IMG/VR virus record: IMGVR_UViG_3300035181_000419
Coordinates: 1-60,490 of that record
Length of the DNA: 60,490 nucleotides
Source: a virus
Lineage: Duplodnaviria > Caudoviricetes
Direction: 5' to 3' (one strand)
The translations under genes were made by a program, and so were the position numbers. Below are positions 44,912 through 54,278 of the stretch, piece after piece (position 1 is the stretch's first letter; the number at the start of each line of letters is the position of its first letter). The notes below the pieces were generated by a model. The model had not been told where the DNA came from, searched no databases, and saw only the letters and a program-made list of their open reading frames with translations.

Positions 44912-45314
44912 ACGCTTCAAACTTAAATGCAAGCTCATGGCCACACTGAGGGCTGGAACATGGAAGCCTGATGGTCGTGAGAACGGCTATTTTGAGCTGG
45001 ATCTAATTAGGGCGCTTCAAGCAGCCACCGATATAATGAGTATGGCGGAGAAAACAGAGTCGAAAGCAGAAAAGAAACCAGAGCCCCAGCATCCAACCAT
45101 CAAAGAGAAGCTGCGTGGGGACACAATTCGTATCCAGCGCGTAGACCAATATGGCGTGCGTGGGACGTCTATTCCTGTGTGGGCGCGTGAGGCTATCCTG
45201 AAGGAAGGTATCGGCCTACTCGCGAATAATATCTGTATGCGTTTTCCAGCCAGTCTATATTCTCGCGTCGCCATAGAAGAGCAAGCATACCTGCTGAAGC
45301 AGCTTGGCCTGTAA
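44901..45314 (+). CDS. Hypothetical protein
   Basis: GGAGGG RBS before ATG 44901. Confidence 0.6.
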   Translation: MLDERFKLKCKLMATLRAGTWKPDGRENGYFELDLIRALQAATDIMSMAEKTESKAEKKPEPQHPTIKEKLRGDTIRIQRVDQYGVRGTSIPVWAREAILKEGIGLLANNICMRFPASLYSRVAIEEQAYLLKQLGL

Positions 45315-45428
45315 AGCGGGGCCGCAGAGCGCGTCAGGGTTGGGCCATGGCTGGGCGGCGTGCCCAACATGGCCCAAAGCCTTGAGCGGGCGCCTGAGCG
45401 CATCGGGGCGCGGTCCCATTTGCGGCCC

Positions 45429-45457
45429 TTGCGCTTTACCGTGGCAGGGCTTAACAT
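45429..45457 (+). promoter_or_regulatory. Promoter for primase-helicase
   Basis: TTGCGC-N17-TAACAT. Confidence 0.55.
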
Positions 45458-45493
45458 TACCTTCCGGCCATTTATGCAGCTATAGGGGTTAGC

Positions 45494-47539
45494 ATGAGTA
45501 ATAAGCTCCAAACCAGTGACGATGTCATGGTCGAAATGCTTGACAAAATTAGAAAATCAGGCCTAACTGAAAAGCACGCCGCTCGGCTTGGGTTCGACAC
45601 ATATACGGCCCAGGAGGCTCTAACCTCCAACCTGCCCTTTCCCAAGGCTGGGTTCAAGATCCCTTACTTTGACTTAGCTGGCAACGAAACAAAATTCTGG
45701 CGCTTCCGTTATCTTGAGTCTACCCTAAACGCTTGGGACAAAGCGACTGGTAGGAAGGAAATGCGCTACTGTCAGCCAAAAGGCTCGTTGAACGAGTTAT
45801 ACCTGCCCCCTCTAGTTAACTGGGCCAAGATAGCTGGAGATACAACGGTCGCAGTTATCATTACGGAGGGGGAATTGAAGGCAGCCTGCGCCTGCGCCGC
45901 TGGGTTCCCCACCATCGGGCTAGGAGGAGTCTGGTGCTTCAGGTCGTCTGCAAATCACATGCACCTGCTTCCGATGTTTGATGAATTCAAATGGGAGCAG
46001 CGAACAGTCTTCATCTGCTATGACTCCGACGCCGCTGTGAATACGAAAGTTATGGCCGCAGAGAACGCCCTGGCCCGCGAACTAACCCTGCTAGGAGCCG
46101 TGCCCTTCGTCGTTCGCCTGCCCCAAACATCCCCGCCTCTTAAAACGGGGCTTGATGATTATTTAGTTGAGGAAGGGGTGGAGGCACTGAAGGTCGCGCT
46201 GCAAGAAGGTGTGGAATGGCGGGCCGCTAAAGAACTATTCAAACTCAACGAAGAAGTGGTGTATGTCAGAGATCCTGGTGTCATCCTTCGGCTTGATAAC
46301 ATGCAGAAAATGACACCCATGAGTTTCACTAACCATGCCTACGCGAACCGCCGGTATTTTGAGGAAGTAATCGGCGCCAAAGGCGTGAAGCTAGTAGAAC
46401 GAAGCGCCCCAGCAGAATGGATGAAGTGGCCCCTTCGCGCAGAAGTTGCCCGCTGTGTCTACAAACCGGGTGAAGACCACTTCTACAAAGGGGCGATGAA
46501 TACATGGCCCGGATGGGGCTGCTACCCCGCTGAGGGATCTGTCCAGCCGTGGGAAGAGCTCATGGAATATATGTTCAATGTTGAAGACATCCCAGAACGC
46601 GCCAAAGATCGCAAGTGGTTTGAGCAATGGCTGGCATATCCACTTCAACATCCAGGAGAAAAGCTCTATACCGCCGCAGTTTTCTGGGGAACAAGGCATG
46701 GCACAGGCAAGTCACTGATCGGCTATTCCATGATCAAGATTTATGGGAAAAATGGAACTGAGATTGGCGACCGTGACCTTCATGCTTCGTTCAATGAGTG
46801 TATGGAAAATAAGCAGTTCATCATGGGAGAGGAGATAACGGGCGGGGATAAGCGGGCCGTGGCTGATCACATGAAGTCAATGATCACCCAAAAGCAGCTC
46901 AGATTGAATGTCAAATACATCCCAAGCTATACGATTGACGATTGCATCAATTATTACTTCACAAGTAACCACCCCGACGCATTCTTCCTAGAGGATACGG
47001 ATCGTCGGTTTTTTATTCACGAAATAAATGCGCCGCCGAAGCCGTTCAAGTTCTATTCCGACTACATGACTTGGCTGAACGGCAGCGGTGCCAACGCATT
47101 GTTTGACTATCTATTGAAGATCGACTGCTCAGACTTCAATCCGCAGGGCGCCGCCCCCATGACAGTGTCTAAGCAAGAAATGATTGATAATGGCAAGAGT
47201 GATATTGCCGCATGGGTCGCGCTACTTAAAGATCAGCCCGATTATGTGACGCGACTTGGCGGTGTGACCTTGAAACATCGTCTTTGGTCCGCCACAGAAC
47301 TTCATTCAATATACGATAAGGATGGGCGCGGCAAGACGACAGTGGGAGGCATGGCGCGAGAATTGGCGAGGGCGGGTATTGAGAAAGCTGCGGAAGGGGC
47401 GAATATTTTCACTGACCATGGTATGCAGAAACTGTGGATTATCAGGCCGATTCCCCACACGGTATCCCCCGCTGAGTTGTCTGAAATGTATCTCACAGAA
47501 CGGGGGATTGCGTGCAAGAAAACTACTACAAAGTTCTAG
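45494..47539 (+). CDS. Primase (TOPRIM/DUF3854-like)-helicase (SF3-like) fusion
   Basis: ITEGELKA, YDSD, GLDDYL; Walker A GTRHGTGKS; FTSN, DRRFF. Confidence 0.9.
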   Translation: MSNKLQTSDDVMVEMLDKIRKSGLTEKHAARLGFDTYTAQEALTSNLPFPKAGFKIPYFDLAGNETKFWRFRYLESTLNAWDKATGRKEMRYCQPKGSLNELYLPPLVNWAKIAGDTTVAVIITEGELKAACACAAGFPTIGLGGVWCFRSSANHMHLLPMFDEFKWEQRTVFICYDSDAAVNTKVMAAENALARELTLLGAVPFVVRLPQTSPPLKTGLDDYLVEEGVEALKVALQEGVEWRAAKELFKLNEEVVYVRDPGVILRLDNMQKMTPMSFTNHAYANRRYFEEVIGAKGVKLVERSAPAEWMKWPLRAEVARCVYKPGEDHFYKGAMNTWPGWGCYPAEGSVQPWEELMEYMFNVEDIPERAKDRKWFEQWLAYPLQHPGEKLYTAAVFWGTRHGTGKSLIGYSMIKIYGKNGTEIGDRDLHASFNECMENKQFIMGEEITGGDKRAVADHMKSMITQKQLRLNVKYIPSYTIDDCINYYFTSNHPDAFFLEDTDRRFFIHEINAPPKPFKFYSDYMTWLNGSGANALFDYLLKIDCSDFNPQGAAPMTVSKQEMIDNGKSDIAAWVALLKDQPDYVTRLGGVTLKHRLWSATELHSIYDKDGRGKTTVGGMARELARAGIEKAAEGANIFTDHGMQKLWIIRPIPHTVSPAELSEMYLTERGIACKKTTTKF

Positions 47540-47844
47540 GAGTTCCGCCATCCGCTGAAGTGTCAGAGATCAGAGAAGCCTACTGGAATATCGCCAAGGC
47601 AAACCACCCCGATCTAAATCCTAGTGGGGCAGATATCATGTCTGCTGCCACAGAAGCCTACGGCGTTCTATCTGATGATAAGAAACGCCTCCGCTATGAC
47701 AGGTTGCTGGACTTTACCATGACTAAGTGCCCTGAGTGCTCTGGTCGTGGAACGACTCTGCGAGTGACTGGCTTCAGTGCAGTGGGCGCTCGTATTGAGA
47801 AATGTAAAGCCTGCAACGGGGAAGGATATGGAAATAAAGGCTAA
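47512..47844 (+). CDS. Mini-DnaJ: J-domain plus CxxCxGxG zinc finger
   Basis: YYKVLGV, HPD, EAYGVLSD, CPECSGRG, CKACNGEG. Confidence 0.88.
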   Translation: MQENYYKVLGVPPSAEVSEIREAYWNIAKANHPDLNPSGADIMSAATEAYGVLSDDKKRLRYDRLLDFTMTKCPECSGRGTTLRVTGFSAVGARIEKCKACNGEGYGNKG

Positions 47845-48220
47845 GTTTCTTTCTAAGATAAGGATTAAAGGAGATTGCTGGCTGTGGGTCGGGGCACTGA
47901 CAGACGATGGCTATGGATTAGTTAGCATAGATGGAACAAGCAAGCGCGCTCACCGTGTTGTCTTCGAAGAACAGGTTAGAAAACTTTCCTCAAAGGAACT
48001 CCTGTCTGCGACTTGCAGTAACAGGAATTGTGTCAACCCCGATCATATGGAGATCATATCGCCAGAGACCCTTCGTCGCAGAAATCAAGCCGCGCACAAC
48101 GCAACTCTTTCTCAACTGTGCTCTAAAGGGCATGAGTTAGATGAGAACCGTAAGTGTCGGATATGCGCCAATGACTACATGCGCGACTACATGCGCCGAC
48201 GGCGCAAAGAAGCAAAATAG
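47828..48220 (+). CDS. HNH-like protein, degenerate active site, C-terminal zinc finger
   Basis: CWLWVG..GYG..AHRV..LSATCSNRNCVNPDHM; CSKGH...CRIC. Confidence 0.8.
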   Translation: MEIKAKFLSKIRIKGDCWLWVGALTDDGYGLVSIDGTSKRAHRVVFEEQVRKLSSKELLSATCSNRNCVNPDHMEIISPETLRRRNQAAHNATLSQLCSKGHELDENRKCRICANDYMRDYMRRRRKEAK

Positions 48221-48223
48221 AGT

Positions 48224-48252
48224 TGGCGCGGAAACCAAACGAGCAGTATAAT
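48224..48252 (+). promoter_or_regulatory. Promoter
   Basis: TGGCGC-N17-TATAAT. Confidence 0.65.
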
Positions 48253-48272
48253 ATATTAAGGGGCTGGGCACC

Positions 48273-48494
48273 ATGGACGAAGCAGTCAGAACCTCTCTGG
48301 TAGAAGTATCACTGGCTATCAACGTATGTGAAATGAAACTTGAGCACCTTTCTCGGTCAATGGTTGGGAGGTCCTACCATGAAAAAGAAATAGCCCAAGA
48401 ACTTCGGCAGTGCCGAGCGCGTATAGACGGGCTGGTTCAGCCGGTCACACAGACAAACACCCAAGTGACAGAAGCACAGTCAAAAAACTTGTAG
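48273..48494 (+). CDS. Hypothetical protein
   Basis: AAGGGG RBS after promoter. Confidence 0.6.
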   Translation: MDEAVRTSLVEVSLAINVCEMKLEHLSRSMVGRSYHEKEIAQELRQCRARIDGLVQPVTQTNTQVTEAQSKNL

Positions 48495-48504
48495 AGGATA
48501 AAGC

Positions 48505-49422
48505 ATGGCAATCAGGGGAATGAAGGCGGCCACCGCGCCCATGGATCTTCGCAAGATACGTCTTCCGAAGTATGGCAGCACTAAGATCAATGGTGTGCGC
48601 GGAATCGTTGTTGATGGTGTGTTGATGAGCTACAACATGAAGCCCATCGTAAACGACTTCACCCAGGCCATGTTCGGCAGGCCGGAATTAAATGGCTTCG
48701 ATGGAGAAATTGTGGTCGGGGCCCCAAACGACCACAATTCACTTCGCAACACAATGAGCGCCATCACTAGGCACCACGGGGAATGCGATGTTCATTTTCA
48801 TATCTTTGATAATTATCTGCTAGATGCTGACTACCGTAGCAGGTATGAAAATCTGCTGTGGCAGCGCGACACTGGAAAGTGGCGTGGCGTGTGCGACCGC
48901 CTTGTGGTCGTTGAACAGAAAATCATCGCAACACACGACGCTCTTGAAGCATTTGAAGAAGATGTCTTGAACCAGGGCTTCGAAGGAATCATGCTGCGCC
49001 GTATTGACGGGCGCTACAAGTTCGGGCGAAGCACCCCTGGCGAAGATGATCTGTGGAAAGTGAAGCGGTTCGTAGACGCAGAGGCTGTGATAATCGGGTT
49101 CGAGGAGGGAATGCACAATGCCAACGAACTTCAAGTGAACGAGCTGGGCAAGGCCAAACGGACTTCCCACAAAGAAAACAAAGTCCCAAAAGGCACGCTC
49201 GGGGGACTGCTGGTTATCGGAATAAACGGCCATTACAAGGGAGTTGAATACCGAGTCGGCATCGGATTCGATCAGCTAACCGCCCAAGAAATCTGGGACA
49301 ATCAGGTCACCTGGATGGGAAAGATCATCAAGGTGAAATACTTTCCAGTGGGAAACCTCAACAAACCGGCCCATACTTCCTTCGAAGGAGAGTTCTTGGG
49401 GGAGCGGCCCGAGGGAATGTGA
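48505..49422 (+). CDS. lig: ATP-dependent DNA ligase
   Basis: KINGVR (motif I), FDGEI, FHIFD, EGIMLR, KVK, OB-fold. Confidence 0.92.
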   Translation: MAIRGMKAATAPMDLRKIRLPKYGSTKINGVRGIVVDGVLMSYNMKPIVNDFTQAMFGRPELNGFDGEIVVGAPNDHNSLRNTMSAITRHHGECDVHFHIFDNYLLDADYRSRYENLLWQRDTGKWRGVCDRLVVVEQKIIATHDALEAFEEDVLNQGFEGIMLRRIDGRYKFGRSTPGEDDLWKVKRFVDAEAVIIGFEEGMHNANELQVNELGKAKRTSHKENKVPKGTLGGLLVIGINGHYKGVEYRVGIGFDQLTAQEIWDNQVTWMGKIIKVKYFPVGNLNKPAHTSFEGEFLGERPEGM

Positions 49423-49516
49423 GACGCAGCAACTTTGAGGGCATCTGGCCTTGCGCATGAGCGTAAGGAGCCCCTACACTTACCCATGGCCCAAACGGGC
49501 ATACTTGGAGGGCCTC

Positions 49517-49948
49517 ATGGCCAAAACGAAAACACTTGTTCCCGAGTTAGAAGTTCCTGAGCCAACCGAGTTCCAAGTTCCCGAAAGCCTCGCAGCTTGC
49601 GCCGACCTGCTTTACTCTATCCGTGAAATGCGGCTGGGTATTGAAAAGCAGGTTGATGAGCTGAAGCAGCGCGAGACACAGCTTCGGGACCACCTGATCA
49701 ACACGCTGCCCAAGGGCGAAGCTTCCGGGATCGCGGGGCGCATTGCGCGTGTCGCCATCGTCGTAAAGGAAGAGCCCCAGGTGCAGGACTGGGATGCCTT
49801 CTACGGATACATCAAAGAGCATGATGCCTTTGATCTGCTGCAGAGGCGTATGTCGGCCCCCGCAGTCAAGGCGCGTTGGCAGGAAGAAGAGACCGTGGCA
49901 GGGGTGGGCGTCTTCAACAACGTCACCATTTCTCTGCGGAAGGTGTAA
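49517..49948 (+). CDS. Coiled-coil replication-module protein
   Basis: VQDWDAFY.YI...LLQRR motif; GGAGG RBS; TTGCGC-N18-TACACT upstream. Confidence 0.75.
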   Translation: MAKTKTLVPELEVPEPTEFQVPESLAACADLLYSIREMRLGIEKQVDELKQRETQLRDHLINTLPKGEASGIAGRIARVAIVVKEEPQVQDWDAFYGYIKEHDAFDLLQRRMSAPAVKARWQEEETVAGVGVFNNVTISLRKV

Positions 49949-50007
49949 GAACATGATAGATCCCCGAAGTTTCGGTCGTGTTGACGGGGAATAGACCCCA
50001 CAATTCT

Positions 50008-50107
50008 GGGCTGATGGCGAAACGGCAAACGCGGTGTGATCACACTGGCTGCAAAGGGCATGACGTCTGCCCTAGCTTTGAAGGTTCAAATCCTTCTCAG
50101 CCCACCA
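50008..50107 (+). ncRNA. tRNA-like RNA lacking a canonical anticodon loop
   Basis: Acceptor GGGCTGA/TCAGCCC-A-CCA, D arm GCG-AAACGGCAAA-CGC, T arm GAAGG-TTCAAAT-CCTTC; anticodon arm is GTGTG-AT-CACAC. Confidence 0.8.
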
Positions 50108-50161
50108 TTTCAACACTGAGTGCAGGCAGTTCCCTGCACAGTTCACTAGTGGAGCAACACC

Positions 50162-50920
50162 ATGGCAAAGAAAGAAGTGGCCGCGCCTGTCGTAACACAG
50201 GTCAACACCTGGGATCAGCAGCTTGCTGATGCCGCAGCAGAAGTTTCCAGCATGGAGGCTGGAAACAGCAATTTCATCAGCACCCGCAACGGAATTCTGT
50301 CCTACAACGGAACTCCGATTCCCGGTAACAAGCTGAATGTCGTGGTGATCAACCACGCCATGGAGAACCACTATTACACCGAGCGCTTCGATCCGGACAG
50401 CCCTGCGAGCCCGGTATGCTTTGCGTTCGGAACGGACGAGGCTACCATGGCCCCGCACGAGCTTAGTTCGGAGCCGCAGGCCGAGAAGTGTGCAGTCTGC
50501 CCGCGAAATCAGTTCGGTTCTGCTGACACTGGTAAGGGGAAGGCGTGCAAGAATATCCGGCGACTTGGGGTAATCACCGAAGACGACCTGGAAGACGTCA
50601 AGGCCGCTGCCCTGGCTGTGATCAAGGTTCCCGTCACCAGCGTCAAGCCCTGGAAGGCATACGTCCAGAGTTTGAACAACACGCTGCGGCGCCCTCCGTT
50701 CTCCGTAGTGACGCAGATCGCGCCCGTGCCGCATCCGAAGCACCAGTTTGAGCTGACCTTCAAGCTGGATGCTCAGATCACCGACGGGGCCGACCTTCAG
50801 GCGATCTTGGACCGGCGCGACGCCGCCATGGAGGAACTGTGCCGCCCGTATGCGCCCCCCGTGGCGCAGGACGAGGCCGCAGAGCAGCCCCAGAAGCCTC
50901 AGGGAAAGCGCAAGTTTTAG
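50162..50920 (+). CDS. Putative single-stranded DNA-binding/annealing protein with Cys motif
   Basis: SPVCF, CAVCPRNQFGS..GKGKACKN; position upstream of PolA. Confidence 0.7.
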   Translation: MAKKEVAAPVVTQVNTWDQQLADAAAEVSSMEAGNSNFISTRNGILSYNGTPIPGNKLNVVVINHAMENHYYTERFDPDSPASPVCFAFGTDEATMAPHELSSEPQAEKCAVCPRNQFGSADTGKGKACKNIRRLGVITEDDLEDVKAAALAVIKVPVTSVKPWKAYVQSLNNTLRRPPFSVVTQIAPVPHPKHQFELTFKLDAQITDGADLQAILDRRDAAMEELCRPYAPPVAQDEAAEQPQKPQGKRKF

Positions 50921-50932
50921 GGGTGGCCGCTA

Positions 50933-50972
50933 CAGGCCCGCAGGGGTTCAGGCACCTCTGCGGGCCTGCTTT
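50933..50972 (+). terminator. Rho-independent terminator
   Basis: CAGGCCCGCAG...CTGCGGGCCTG-CTTT. Confidence 0.65.
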
Positions 50973-50987
50973 ATGGAGGGATAGTCG

Positions 50988-51230
50988 GTGATAAATCCAG
51001 ACCACCTCGTCGAGGACCGCCAAAGCATCCACAACTGGTTGATAGTCCTTAGGACATGGCGAACGCTCACAGCTTTCTTGAGTAAGACCACAGACGAGGA
51101 AGCCTGCTGGTCTCTTCTTAAGTTTGAGAAAGAACAGCAGAACCGGCCACTCTTCGTAAAGCGCATCTACGGCAAGGCCTCAATCCTACGGGCTCGCAAT
51201 GAGCGCGCCAAACTGAAAGGCACTAAGTGA
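50988..51230 (+). CDS. Hypothetical protein
   Basis: GGAGG RBS; coupled to PolA. Confidence 0.7.
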   Translation: MINPDHLVEDRQSIHNWLIVLRTWRTLTAFLSKTTDEEACWSLLKFEKEQQNRPLFVKRIYGKASILRARNERAKLKGTK

Positions 51231-53086
51231 ATATTCCTAGCCCATGGGTCCTTGACTTTGAGACTGAGGCCATTGGGGGCAGGCCCGACTATCCACCTGT
51301 TCCTGTGAGCTTCAGCATCCAGAGCCCAAGAGACGAAGCTCAACGGTTCTACGCATGGGGCCACCCCACGGAGAACAACTGCACCTATGATGAGGCTGTC
51401 GCTGTTCTGCATGAGTGCTGGAATAGCGGAGAGCCAATTCTGTTCCACAACATGAAGTTTGATATAGACGTCGCGCAGCATCATATGGGGTGCGGAGACA
51501 TTGAATGGCAGCGCGTTCACGACACTATGTTCCTTCTATTCCTGATGTATCCCCATGCTCGGTTTCTGTCGTTGAAGCCAAGCGCGGAGAAACTTCTGAA
51601 TATGCCCCCTGATGAACAGGAAGCTGTTCGTGATTGGCTAGTCGCTAACGGGGTGTGCAGCGACACGAAGGGGTGGGGAGCGTTCATCTCCAAGGCACCA
51701 GGATCCCTTGTTGGAACTTATGCCGAGGGCGACGTTATCAGGACCAAACTTCTTTTCGAGCTGCTCTACCCGCAGGTGGTGGAAGCTGGAATGCTTCCAG
51801 CCTATGATCGAGAACGTGAGCTCATGTTCGTTCTTCTACAGAATGAACGCGAGGGTGTCCGAGTTGATCTGGAACTTCTGAAGAAAGACCTGGACATTTA
51901 CGAAGCTGCTATGGAAAAAGCAGAGTCTTGGATCCGAGAGCGCTTGGGTGTTCCTGAACTGAACTTGGACGCTGCGGCGCAAGTAGCCAACGCCCTAGAC
52001 GCGAGTGGTGTAGTCACCCAGTGGCATCTCACGAAGACTGGCAAGCGGTCCACCGCCAAAGATAAGATGACCCCCGACATGTTCACAGACGAGCGGGTTA
52101 GTCAGGCGCTGGGCTATCGGAGCCGTCTCTCCACACTACTCGGCACCTTCATGCGAAATTGGCATGATGTTGCCGTGAGGTCAAACGGAATCATCTACAC
52201 TAACTGGAGTCAGGTTCGCCAGCCCGGTTCCGGAGACGGAAGCAAGGGGGCACGAACTGGCCGTATGTCAAGCAGCCCTCCGTTCATGAACATTGCCAAA
52301 GATCTGGAAGAAAAGAGTGACGGGTATGTCCACCCTGAGTTCTTGGATGTTCCAGAACTTCCAGCCATTCGCAAATACATTCTTCCTGACCATCCAGGCG
52401 ATCTCATTCTACACCGAGATTATAGCCAGCAGGAGCTACGAGTGCTGGCGCATATGGAAGATGGCGCCTTCATGGCCGCGTATATCGCGGACCCATCCAT
52501 GGATGTTCATGAATATGTCAGGCAAGAAATCAAGCGCCTGACGGGGGTTGAATACACCCGGTCGCAGGTGAAGCAGGTGAACTTTGGTATCATCTATGGC
52601 ATGGGCTATGGAGCTTTGGCCAAGAAACTTGACAGCACAGTAGATGTCGCCAAGGACATCAAAACCGCCCAGCGAAGGGTTCTTCCGGGGGTGGCGGCTT
52701 TGGAGCGATCAATTAAGAAAATCGGCGGTTCCGGGGGTTTCATCACTACCTGGGGCGGTCGGCGCTACTTCGTGGAGGAGCCCAAGATCGTAAAGGGCGC
52801 GGCAATGTCGTTTGAGTATAAGCTGCTCAACTACCTTATTCAAGGTAGCGCAGCGGATATCACAAAGCAGGCGCTGATCAACTACCACAAAATGAAAAAG
52901 CACGGCCGATTCCTTATCACGGTTCATGACGAAATCAACATCTCCGTGCCTAAAGAATACGCCGATGAGGAAATGGAGATTCTCAAGAAAGCCATGAATT
53001 CCGTGCCACTTGATGTTCCCCTGCTATCTGATGGTAAAATCGGACCTAACTGGGGAAATATGAAGAAGTTCGTGGACAAAGAATAG
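51227..53086 (+). CDS. polA: DNA polymerase family A with 3'-5' exonuclease
   Basis: DFETE, HNMKFD, TGRMSS, DYSQQELR, KQVNFGIIYG, VHDEI. Confidence 0.96.
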   Translation: MNIPSPWVLDFETEAIGGRPDYPPVPVSFSIQSPRDEAQRFYAWGHPTENNCTYDEAVAVLHECWNSGEPILFHNMKFDIDVAQHHMGCGDIEWQRVHDTMFLLFLMYPHARFLSLKPSAEKLLNMPPDEQEAVRDWLVANGVCSDTKGWGAFISKAPGSLVGTYAEGDVIRTKLLFELLYPQVVEAGMLPAYDRERELMFVLLQNEREGVRVDLELLKKDLDIYEAAMEKAESWIRERLGVPELNLDAAAQVANALDASGVVTQWHLTKTGKRSTAKDKMTPDMFTDERVSQALGYRSRLSTLLGTFMRNWHDVAVRSNGIIYTNWSQVRQPGSGDGSKGARTGRMSSSPPFMNIAKDLEEKSDGYVHPEFLDVPELPAIRKYILPDHPGDLILHRDYSQQELRVLAHMEDGAFMAAYIADPSMDVHEYVRQEIKRLTGVEYTRSQVKQVNFGIIYGMGYGALAKKLDSTVDVAKDIKTAQRRVLPGVAALERSIKKIGGSGGFITTWGGRRYFVEEPKIVKGAAMSFEYKLLNYLIQGSAADITKQALINYHKMKKHGRFLITVHDEINISVPKEYADEEMEILKKAMNSVPLDVPLLSDGKIGPNWGNMKKFVDKE

Positions 53087-53120
53087 GGTGTCCGGAAGTA
53101 AGTTCAATTGAAAAGGAGAA

Positions 53121-53795
53121 ATGATGGCCCGAGGAAAAGTAGAACAGATCACAGCATGGTCGTTCTCTCGCTACAAGGCATACGAGGCCTGCCCCTTCAA
53201 AGCAAAGCTGGCTTTCATAGATAAAATGAAAGAGCCGCCCAACCCGGCCATGGATCGTGGCATCAGAATTCATAGCTTGGCTGAGTCCTTCGTCAACGCC
53301 AAGGAAGGCACGCCCTGCCCCCCTGAGCTGGAACTCTTTGAGGAGGATTTCCTAGAGGCTCGTAAAATGCACCCGGAGGTTGAGTGCGAGTGGGCCTTCA
53401 CCAATATCTGGGAACCGACAAGCTGGTTCGGCAAAGATGCGTGGTGCCGGGTCAAGACCGATCTCACCTACACGAATGGTAACGAACTTATCGTCGTGGA
53501 CCATAAGACCGGAAAGCGCAACGAGGACCATAAGGAACAGCTTTCGCTATATGCCTTGGCAGGGTTCATCATTAACCCCGACGTTGATGTCGTTAGGGGC
53601 GCTCTTTGGTATCTGGATCAAGGAGCTCCGATCGTTGATCAAGTCTACGAACGGGGCCAGATGGGGGAACTGGCAGATGCGTGGGAAGAAAAGACACGAC
53701 CCATGCTGAACGACACGATCTTCGCCCCGAAGCCCGGTAATGCCTGCCGCTGGTGCCACTGGAAGAAGAGTAACGGCGGCCCCTGCAAGTTTTAG
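53121..53795 (+). CDS. PD-(D/E)XK exonuclease (Cas4/RecB-like)
   Basis: WSFS..CP, DHKTGK, QLSLY, CRWC...C. Confidence 0.88.
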   Translation: MMARGKVEQITAWSFSRYKAYEACPFKAKLAFIDKMKEPPNPAMDRGIRIHSLAESFVNAKEGTPCPPELELFEEDFLEARKMHPEVECEWAFTNIWEPTSWFGKDAWCRVKTDLTYTNGNELIVVDHKTGKRNEDHKEQLSLYALAGFIINPDVDVVRGALWYLDQGAPIVDQVYERGQMGELADAWEEKTRPMLNDTIFAPKPGNACRWCHWKKSNGGPCKF

Positions 53796-53804
53796 AGGTG
53801 GAAC

Positions 53805-54278
53805 ATGCTGCTACAAAAGATCAACGAAGCTCGCAGTTACCCGTGCTGCGAAGTGATGCAGCCCCCCGGCCACTACCGCGTTGATGTCGCAATCACGCCC
53901 AAGGTCAAGAACCTGCCCCAACCTGTGACAATGCACGTCTATAAGTGTCACAAGTGCTACCGTAAGATGCTGACAGACCATGACTTAAGTATCTTAGAAG
54001 TGAGTGGCGTCCAGAACCCGACAGTGGCGTGGGCTAGGAGCCACGGCATCAGAGCCACTAAGCTCCAAGGTCAGGGTAATCGCTCACTTCCTGACTACGA
54101 GTTTTGGATCAAAGGCGGAAAGCCCAAATTGATGGAGTTCAAGCGCCCCGGAGAACTTCCGACCGCGCTCCAGGAAGACACCATCGCGAAGTTTGCCGCT
54201 GACGGCTACGTGGTTGAGATACACGATGACAAGCACTCCGCCATCGCTTCCCTGCAAAGGTCACTAGATGCTCGTTGA
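53805..54278 (+). CDS. VRR-NUC nuclease with N-terminal Cys domain
   Basis: LPDY...MEFKRPG..PTALQ. Confidence 0.8.
   Translation: MLLQKINEARSYPCCEVMQPPGHYRVDVAITPKVKNLPQPVTMHVYKCHKCYRKMLTDHDLSILEVSGVQNPTVAWARSHGIRATKLQGQGNRSLPDYEFWIKGGKPKLMEFKRPGELPTALQEDTIAKFAADGYVVEIHDDKHSAIASLQRSLDAR

Noticed and set aside
50046-50060. tRNA-Cys call from CT-GCA-AA
   Set aside because: Flanks (ACTGG/GGGCA) do not pair, so it is not an anticodon stem-loop; the alternative ACG loop lacks U33 and purine 37.
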